A stretch of DNA of 64,000 nt from contig OX597815.1 in the NCBI GenBank assembly GCA_951406725.2, positions 24,304,001 to 24,368,000 on the forward strand, given 5' to 3'. This stretch comes from Octopus vulgaris. Lineage: Eukaryota. Shown here in pieces: positions 52,316-64,000 of this stretch (positions within the stretch are counted from its first letter, which is position 1; each line of letters begins with the position of its first letter). The notes under the pieces are model-generated. The model was not told the DNA's origin, did not search any database, and worked only from the letters and a program-made list of their open reading frames with translations. A program made the translations under genes and the position numbers.

Positions 52316-55300
52316 TATTTTATAAGACAGACATTATAGTAAAGTTGAAATGCCTATGGCAAGAAAGCTATTCATGAACTTTGACATAATGTTCTGACTA
52401 GTTTCTTTTCATGTCCTGTGCAGTAAATGTTAGCATTGGTTACTCTGAAATATTTGATCAAAGCTACAGCACAAAAGTTGAGTTGCTGACCCAAATGCCT
52501 TAAATTGTATTGTAATGTTTTATAAAGCAAAATACATTCAGCGTAGATGATTGATTAGTTTTGGGAAAAGTAGTTAACCATAAAATTGACATTAGCAATT
52601 GAAAATATCTTCCAAATCAAAAAATTAGTTGTAAAGTTATGTTAATGTTATGATTAATTTGAAAGAACTTCAGTACTGCCCAGATGAAGTGCAAATAGAA
52701 CTTTTTTGTAAGTCAAAGAAATTTATTTAGTGAATATTTTGTGTTTATTTCAATCTCTGTAATATTTGTTTTCTGTTGTATGTATTTGGTAAATTGCCCT
52801 ATATGATACCATACTATAGTGAGTGGGTATTATTTCATTTAATTAGTTTCCAATGTGCCAAGATTATAATTAGGTAATCAGTTATCATTGCTTCCCCTTC
52901 TATTGAATATTTGTTATAAGCTGATCTTTATGTGAGAATTCAATTGTTGATCTCGAAAGCTCAGACACTATTTCCTCATAGTTAAAACAATGTTGTTAAT
53001 ATTTGCTCACATCAATACATTTTTGAACTTGTACTGTTGAAACAAATGGCTGATTAGGACTTTAGAATTAAAGATAGGAAAGAACAAGAGAAAATGGTTG
53101 ATAAAAAAAAAAAAAGTTTCCATCTGGGTAGCTGTATCAATTTGTGTTAGTGTTGAAATGTTTTTTTTTTTCACGATGACCAGTTTCCCAGTGATTACTG
53201 GCTCTCCTCTCTCAATTTGTCTTGAAGGCTGTTAGAATAAAACATTTTATTTTTTTTTTCTATTAGTTGGGATGTGTGAGCTACCATTAACATAATTTCA
53301 ATTCTAAGAATCATTGGGAACATTTGAAATTTTGGTATACTCTTAAATTAATGTTATTTAATTTGGAAATAACATTATTTTGAAAATATTTAGTATTTTT
53401 ACTACACAACTATAAACCTTTTAAACTTGTTTTGAAAATTTATTTTTATAATTGCATTTTGAGAAAGTAAAAATGTTCACTTATTCATGTTTGTTCTTGA
53501 TATTCAAGTTAAATTGTTTTACGTTTAACACCTTTGAAGAATTTAATAGAATGAACATATGTATTCTGTTAATATTTACATATTTTGCTTTGATTAACAT
53601 AATCAAGTAAACTACTTTTCATTTGTAATTTTGTGCAATTGTGCAGTTGCTTATTTCTTTTTAAACAGAAAGAAATATACTTTCTACATTTTCCAAATGC
53701 TGTTTACTTTGGCTTTTATTTCTGAAGAAGACTTGAAAATATACAAATAACAAGCTTTTTTAATCGCAGTTATGGTTTCTGTTGACTTTCAATTTTGCTC
53801 AAATTTTTCTGTCTTCATATACATACACACAGCTGCATGGTTCCCTGCTATCCCCACACAATCTTTTCAGCGATAATACTTGATTATACATCTAATAATT
53901 TCTTAACTTGAATTATCCCTATAATTATTAGCTTACATTTTTCAACATAATCTTCACCACAGCATCTTTAAAAGCAGTTGAAAGGGAGCTTACAGTTTTA
54001 ATGGTCTTTTAATAAAATCATAAAAAAATCATATTGGATGAATAATCTTCTCTTTTGGTCACCTTGAATTTCTTTTTGCACAAAGTAACAATTACAAGCT
54101 TAGTCCATGGTGGAAGTAACTTTAACCCATTTTTTTCTTTTTTCTTTTTTTTTGTTTCCAATTATTGCTTAATCAATTTATGGTAATCACTTATTGAAGG
54201 AATTGACTGCATCAATGTCCAGATTGCTGCACACTTGGGTGGATTAGAGATTACTGATTTAACTTTTTCGATACTGTAATTCTACTAATTTATGATATTA
54301 TACTAGAATGTAAGAACTTTATATCAGAAGCATTATGTGATAAACTTAAAATAGTCTTTCTTGATTTCAGTCGTAGACTAATTGCTGACAGGAAATTTTA
54401 AAAGTTACTGCCATATAATTTTTTTTTTTGTTCTGTTTAGATGTACAATCAGTACTCTTTCAATTAAACTTTAAATTTCATTTCATTTCTTTCTTTTTTT
54501 TTTTTAAATCACATTTGATAAATTTGGTATTGATTTAAAAAAATTTTTCTTTGATTTTGGATAAATTGGATAAATTGATTTGGAGTTAATGATAGTGACC
54601 GACAAAAATGCACCGTTTTTATTAATATTTTTTAAAAAACTGATATTTATCACTCTAGCTGGTTGTGAACTTAATGGATTCAAACCTGGATTAAAATTCA
54701 TAATTCAGTTACCAGAAATATCATTTTAAAAATTTCTATATAAAATATAATTATTTAAAAATGATTTACCAGTTAACGAGCTAATTGTTTAAAGAAAGTC
54801 TGAGATTTTTTTTCAATCAGATAAGAATTTAGTAATAGCTACATGATTTGAAACTTGTCAAAATATAAAATGGGACTGCTCCAATTGGAATGTTTTCTAT
54901 TTTTATACAATAAAAGAAATGTAGAGATGACCGAGGAAATTGGAAATTATATCTTAATTATGAAGTCAGATTATTAATTGTCCTCGAAATTTATTTTTTT
55001 GCTTATGGGAAAATTATTTGCTCACACATCATTTAGTGATCTGTTTACTCTGACCAGAAGTATCAAGAGCCAAAAGTCATTGAAGATTTTTAACATAGTA
55101 TAAGAACAAGTTTTTGCTGTTATGGACAGTCTACAAATGGGTTAAAAAACTCAAATATGACCACAAGAAACAGCTGGATGACAAATAATACCTTGAGTAG
55201 TCATTGTCCTGTCTATGAAATCACCCACAACAGACTTGGCTATGATTAATATGATGATGGTAACTTGTTTGACATTACCAAGTCCAGTCCTACATCATAG

Positions 55301-58127
55301 TGACTAAGGGTGATTGCATGTACTGATTATACATGCAGCTAATTTTCCCACCAATAGAAAATAATATTGAAGCACATAGTGACTAACTGCTGTAGATCAA
55401 ACAGTAATTCTGACCATGCTTAATAATGTGATTATCTTAGATATTTAAACTCTATATTGAATTTTCTAACCTGAAGCGAAGTTTCTGGAGTTGGCCATAA
55501 TATTCCAAATACATTGTTTAAGAGTTTAGGGCTGTACTAAGAACAATCCTATTTCAACCCATAGGCACAGCAATCTGTGACTTAATCTTGAAACCTCATA
55601 CCATATTTCATTCCCCTTTTCTTACTGAAATTTATTTTATATTTTTCTTAAACTTTTTTTTGCCTTCTACTCTGCTGCAGAACTCTGATGGGAAGGTAAC
55701 CAACTCTCTGGTTTTCTTGTTACCTGTGGCTGCCATTGCCACACACCAAGCTTTCTTAACCTCTTCATTAATTTTTTTCTTTCTTTTAATTTTTTTGTTG
55801 CATGACTCATTTATTCTTAATTTTTGTAGTAAAATAACTAAATGCAATCCTAGTTGCTTGGTTTATGTTCTAGTCTTCAGTGGGCCTTTATATCTTACAA
55901 TTCATATCGGTCCCTGAACAGAGAGAAATTTGCTTATTTTGAATTTTGTTATAGTAAAAAAAAAAAAAATCCTTCCTTCTTGCACTGATGATATCATTGT
56001 CCAATGCTGTCACAGTAATACAAAATAGTTCTGCCTTCTCCAAAAGATAATGCTGCATTATGTTATCTCTGACACTGACATGCTTTCATTTTGCAAGATG
56101 TCATTTTTTCCAATCATTAAACAAAGAGTAGAAGTTTATTAAAAAGAATTTTCATTTCATTTTTTCAGATTTATTTCATTCTTTTCAAATTTTACCTTAT
56201 TTTTTACTTCAACTTTTAAAATTTTTTGTTTGTTTTAAAACAAAGAAAATGCATAGCATTATCTTTCGACCCTCACAAATTTGGTTCATCTAGATCTGGT
56301 ATATGAAGTTTTAAAAAAAGCATCTTATTGAGGAATATCTCTTTATTTCAAGAAACAGACAAGCGATGCTTTTTTTTTTTTTTGCCCAGTGTAATAGATA
56401 TATTTAAAAAGATACAGTTCTCTTGCATAGGTTTTATTAAGAAAAGCATTTAAAGAACCTATCACTATCAATAATAATAGTAATGATAATAAATCAACTG
56501 CAATTATGATTGATAATAATCATAATTTTGTATATTATGATGTTCCGTATTTTAGAGGAAGGGAGATAGAAAGTTGCAATGTTGGTGCCTTTCCCAAAGG
56601 CATTAACAATGTAACACTATAATAATGTCTGAGTGTGTAAGATACCTTACCCGTAGCTTATTTTGTAGAAAGCATTGTGGTATCCTCATTGTGGTGCTTA
56701 AATAATCAGTTTTTCCCTCCCAGGAGTTGGTATTTTTAACCTTGTATTTTCCTATCATGTATAACAAGAAATCTTTTAAGATTTTAGTACCCAAGATCTC
56801 GATGAAAATATCCCCAGGCTTACACCATAACAGTCCACTCACTATCAAGACATGTTTGCATGTGCACACACTGTCTATGCATGTATATTCATTCATAGAG
56901 TTCCATTTGAACCTGCATAGAACCTTTGTGGAGTCTAAAAAGCCTTGTTTCACTCACTGTATGTTGTAGGTTTACAGACTGGATACCACCGTAAGACACT
57001 CAACACTCCCATAGAAAATTTCTTCTGAACCTCTAAATATATATATTATTATTATTTTATAATTCATAAAAAGAACTGTGTAAATATTGTCCATTTTTTG
57101 TTTCTTTCTCTTCTTGGTTTTATGAAAATATTTTGGTTTGATCAAAACTGCATGCTGTGAAGTACTCTCCAGAATACCTATCCCTCTTCCTTTTTGGTCT
57201 TGCCCTCTTCTTACATTTTAAACTCTCTGTATTGGAAGTGATCAGAATTTCTCTCAACTTTAACAAGTTTTAGTAATGATCGTGTCTTAAACTTTATTAT
57301 ATAATCAGAAATTATGTATGGGGCTCATTGAACTTTAGAGGTGTTTTTAATTTCCTCTCATAGCTATTAAGAAAGCACAATGTGAAAATATTGTTTTTTC
57401 TTTTCTCTCTTTTTATTTTCTATTGGTTTGAGCTGGAGGAAGGAATGTTGTGCCTATGTCCTCTGCAGGCCCTTTGACACTGATAATATTAATTTCATTT
57501 CTGTTCTTCTTGAACAGTTGTAAGTGCTGGAGAGGTATTCCAGGAATGCAATATTCTGAGGAGGAAAAACTTGTAGTTAATGCAGAGGGGTTGCACAATG
57601 TGAATAGGAAAGATTTCAACAAGTTAGAGCTGAAACGAGCAGATGCTATTGTAATAGTAATAGCAGGGGGAGAGAAAGAGGCGGGATGAGCTGTACATCT
57701 TTGTGTGCTGTTGTTGTTTGTGAATGACTCAGGCTAATCAGTAAAGTAGCCCTTTCTTTAAATGTTGTCAAGGATATCAATGGGTGTGTGTGAGTAGTAA
57801 CAGCACTGTCTCAAATATGGGAGCAGTTCTTCACTGGAATCTTGAATCTTATCTGAGCTTCGTAGAGGATTAGTAATTATCAAAGGCTGAGATATTTTCT
57901 GATTCTGAAGAGGGTGGTCAGTGTTTGGATACATTCTTTGCACTGTTGAGGATGTGTGTTTTGCCAGGAGAGATCCTCAGTAATGGGGAGACCTAACATT
58001 TAAGGCCAGCAAAAGGGTTCTCAGGTCAGTGCTGTTCATGGAATGTGGTGTGGTTGTGGTAGTTTCTTGATGAGCGTGATGATTGTGTTTTTGCAGTTTT
58101 AGGTAAGATTGACATGACTCCATTTAA

Positions 58128-58594
58128 CCCTTTAGCATTTAAACCGGCCACATCCGGTTTAAACTGGCCATATCCAGATTTTCTACTTTTATGTTCAAAC
58201 CATCTAGATCTGGCCTCTCACTCATATCCTACAATGACATCCTCAAAATAAACCATCACATCATCAAAATCTCAGAGCTACAAGATAATGCAGGATTAAT
58301 TCAAAACAATGTGAATGAAAAAGCATTATATATGGAGGCGCAATGGCCCAGTGGTTAGGGCAGCGGACTTGCGGTCGGAGGATCGTGGTTTCGATTCCCA
58401 GACCGGGCGTTGTGTGTGTTTATTGAGCGAAAACACCTAAAAGCTCCACGAGGCTCCGGCAGGGGGTGGTGGTGATCCCTGCTGTACTCTTTCACCACTC
58501 TAAAGGCGGTGCTCCAGCATGGCCGCAGTCAAATGACTGAAACAAGTACAAAAAAAAAAAAAATATTTGACAGAGTAATCTGAACGTTAAAAGG
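58128..58594. mobile_element. piggyBac-like TTAA MITE, copy 3, interrupted by a SINE
   Basis: TTAA|CCCTTTAG start; MITE sequence resumes after 58563 and ends AAAAGG|TTAA. Confidence 0.75.
58334..58563 (+). mobile_element. Chimeric SINE: family B head with family A tail
   Basis: 58334-58498 matches family B; 58501-58548 matches the family A tail; poly(A) follows. Confidence 0.75.
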
Positions 58595-59253
58595 TTAAAG
58601 ATATTTTCAAGGTCCCTGTTCTTAGAGTTGGTGTAAGTTTGGGGTGAACTCTGTAGATTTTATGTGTGACACTTGGGTGTGGAAGGTTAAGGAGCAATGC
58701 TGAGTTGCATCATCTGCTTAGGAATGGGTATTATTAGAGTTAAATCATATTTAGTGGGGGAGAGAGGGAGAAAGTGTGTGTGTGGGAGGGAGGGAGACAA
58801 AACTAAACCCTGTGGCACACTAGAGTTGATCATGTGGGTCGGAGGGAACTATCAGCATACACCATGATAATTACAACCTGACAGGAAGCCATCAATTTGT
58901 TTGAATACTTTTTAATGAAAATTTTGATACAATAAATAAGAACAAATGATATTAGAATTGTCAGTGTCGTTTTTATTTTATAAACCATGATACCCATAAC
59001 CCAGCAGCAGTTCAAGGAAATTGTTCAAGAGGAAATATTTATCATTGATTAAAATTTGTTGTTGACCATAGATCTGCTTGAATAAGCAGATCTATGGTCA
59101 CAAGCATTAAAGCTGTAATGACTATCTTGTTTCCTGTCTACCTGTCCTTTTTTTACCTTGTTTTGTTAATAAGTGTGCCCTGAGCAACGTTATCCAAGAT
59201 AAGTTAGTTTGAGGGAGATTTGGTTGCAATTTCTAATAGATCATGTGACCATT

Positions 59254-59619
59254 CAGTGATGTCCAGAGCATTTTGAGTGATGTCCAGAGCATTTTGAGTG
59301 ATGTCCAGAGCATTTTGAGTGATGTCCAGAGCATTTTGAGTGATGTCCAGAGCATTTTGAGTGATGTCCAGAGCATTTTGAGTGATGTCCAGAGCATTTT
59401 GAGTGATGTCCAGAGCATTTTGAGTGATGTCCAGGGCATTTTCAGTGATGTCCAGGGCATTTTCAGTGATGTCCAGGGCATTTTCAGTGATGTCCAGGGC
59501 ATTTTCAGTGATGTCCAGGGCATGATCAGTGATGTCCAGGGCATTTTCAGTGATGTCCAGGGCATGATCAGTGATGTCCAGGGCATGATCAGTGATGTCC
59601 AGGGCATTCTCAGTGATGT
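59254..59619. repeat. 21-bp minisatellite (AGTGATGTCCAGRGCATTTTS), about 17 copies
   Basis: Head-to-tail copies with no spacers; sequence variants are arranged in blocks. Confidence 0.95.
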
Positions 59620-60090
59620 TCGTATAGGTTTGATTTGGAATTGATAATTTCACAAGCCTGATCCAAAAACTCACTTTGTATAGGCAGTATAAATATACGT
59701 GTTTTATGTTATAAGTTTTAATCTGGATACATTTAGAAAATAGTTTTTATCTTTAAATGTAAATACTTAGAAATCTCTTTCTTTGCTCTTATTTCAATGT
59801 CTGAAGCCTAACTTTTCATTGTAAGGCTTATTACAATGGAGGCATTGTGTTTTAAATAACTGTTTCATTGCAAGGTAAATGAAACCTGTTTCTTGATACT
59901 TTGAAGGTATTATGTACTGTATTTAATCACATTTTTTTATATATTTATATATATTTTTATATATATTTATATATATATATATATTTTTATATATATTTTT
60001 ATATATATATATATATTTTTATATATATATATTTTTATATATATATATTTTTATATATATATATTTTTATATATATATATTTATATACTT

Positions 60091-60786
60091 ACTTTGATAC
60101 TTTGATAGGTTTCGGCCATTATTGGCCCAGGCCATGTCTAACTTAATAGCACCACCTGGTGAAGTCTTTCAAGTCAGAATTTGGGCACTATGGCCCACTC
60201 AAGTAGAGAGTTATTGTTTACAGAGACATATCCGGGTGTAGGGGGTTTATCCGGGATTTCTTGAAGGAATCTGTCCAAAGACTTCTTGAACCCTATAGGG
60301 TCAGTTTCTGTTTTAATGTGTTTTGGTGTAATGTTAAAGAGAGCGGGGCCAATTGAGGTGAAATAATTGTGCCGTATTGTTGTTATGAGATGAGAGTGCG
60401 ATTTTTGTTTTGGGCGGATGGCACGGGGCCCAAGCCTTGGATGTACCTTAAAGGTGATGCCAACATCATTTGGGCAATGTTGATGGAATATTTTCCACAT
60501 CATGCAGATGATGTAGCGCTCACGACGACGTTGGAGAGAATAGAGTTTTAGCTTTTCTAGCCGACCCCAATAGTCGAGGCCTGTCATGCCATCTATCTTT
60601 TTTGTGATTGCCCTTTGAGGTGCTTCAACTTTTATGATACCTTGTATTGTGTGGGGAGACCACAGTGGACAACAGTATTCAAGGTGGGGTCGGGCAAAAG
60701 TGGAGAAGAGAAGGATAATGGTGTGGATATCTCTCGACTGGAAAGTTCTGAGAATCCAGGAACACATTCTGCGGGCCATGTCAACA
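60091..60786 (-). mobile_element. CR1-group LINE 3' fragment with an open 201-aa ORF2 C-terminus
   Basis: [43 protein letters not shown]; 3' stem-loop and (TATCAAAG) tail; both flanks TA-rich. Confidence 0.85.
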
Positions 60787-62820
<2,034 letters not shown>

Positions 62821-63044
62821 TTTCATCAGGAGAGACACAAATAAGTGAGAAGAAAACAAAGGACCACTGATGCGGTCACAGGAGTGCGACGAAAGAACTC
62901 TGGCCGAAATAAGATTAAGATTAATGTAAAAAATAAATATCACTGAAGCAAAATAACACCAAATATATAGTGCGTGTGTTTTTATTGGCTAAACTGGCAA
63001 TATGACCATTCCGAAATATAACAATATATATATATATATATATA

Positions 63045-63275
63045 TTCTTCTTTCCCCGTCTGTCTTGATAGACAATGGGTTGCGCCAAGGGTGGGGCCTA
63101 CTTTGATGATGTGCAGCGTCTGCTGTGACTGAACAGTCCAATTCTAGAGTGGCAGTCCTTGGTACAGTTGCTGCACACGAACATCGATGGGTACGTGTGG
63201 TGTGTTGCTGCAGTTGTCCTCCTGTCCCGCCTGTCCAACCACAGCTGTGCTCTCCTCTCCTCAGCCATGGAAACG

Positions 63276-63278
<3 letters not shown>
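63045..63278 (-). mobile_element. RTE-clade LINE 3' end
   Basis: The minus strand reads [23 protein letters not shown], the RTE C-terminal Cys/His motif, with a (GAA)n tail; set in (TA)n. Confidence 0.75.
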
Positions 63279-63355
<77 letters not shown>

Positions 63356-63809
63356 TTATATATATATTTATATATATATATATATATACATACACAGCAG
63401 GTGTAACTATAAAATTTATCACTGATCCAAGCAAATCTTATTTGAAAAGCAACAGAATCTCCTCATCCTTCAAACATTACATCAGTCATTGCCAATTTGT
63501 TGTTCCTACCTATTTAGAAGTTACTGTACTATGATAAAAATGTGAACCCAGTCTTTTTCTTACCTCTTCTTGTGATGGCTGATAAATATTTTTCATTGTT
63601 TGATATACAAAAATATCTTTTCCTTCTATAGTGCTAGAAAATTTTTTTAATTAAGTTCATATTTTTCATATAAAAATAATAAATTTAGCTCATTTAGCTT
63701 ACCTTCCTTTCTTTTAAAATTTATAATGGAAACCTATTATATATTTCATCTTATTTTTCTTCAGTTTGACTACTAAAACCTTGTTTGGTTTGTAACTTAA
63801 AGTATTTAA

Positions 63810-64000
<191 letters not shown>

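Noticed and set aside
59204-59674. CRISPR-like array, or heptad-repeat ORFs (ITQNALD)n
   Set aside because: The units are head-to-tail with no spacers or cas genes in a eukaryotic intron; frames stay open only because 21 is divisible by 3.

Overview
This is AT-rich animal genomic DNA, most likely an octopod cephalopod judging from the SINE families and (TA)n load (inference). The whole window lies inside one + strand gene, a non-muscle myosin II heavy chain (MYH9/MYH10/zipper-like). Eleven constitutive motor-domain exons splice in frame from [14 protein letters not shown] (3626) through the P-loop GESGAGKT, switch I NDNSSRFGK and switch II DIAGFE to the relay helix at the window edge. The splicing is unusual: a U12-type intron (44084-45180), a GC-AG intron (49297-50313), tandem in-frame donors in loop 1, and a candidate 18-nt loop-1 microexon (34213-34230) flanked by RBFOX motifs, whose U2 donor overlaps a perfect U12 donor. 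The introns hold tRNA-derived SINEs, CR1/RTE/Penelope remnants, a decayed mariner, TTAA MITEs, and micro- and minisatellites. The most striking non-coding structure is a 257-bp inverted repeat (4292-5075). Each arm carries a type I hammerhead ribozyme, and the spacer contains a 102-bp copy of upstream host intron. All calls were read by eye; no searches or folding programs were run.
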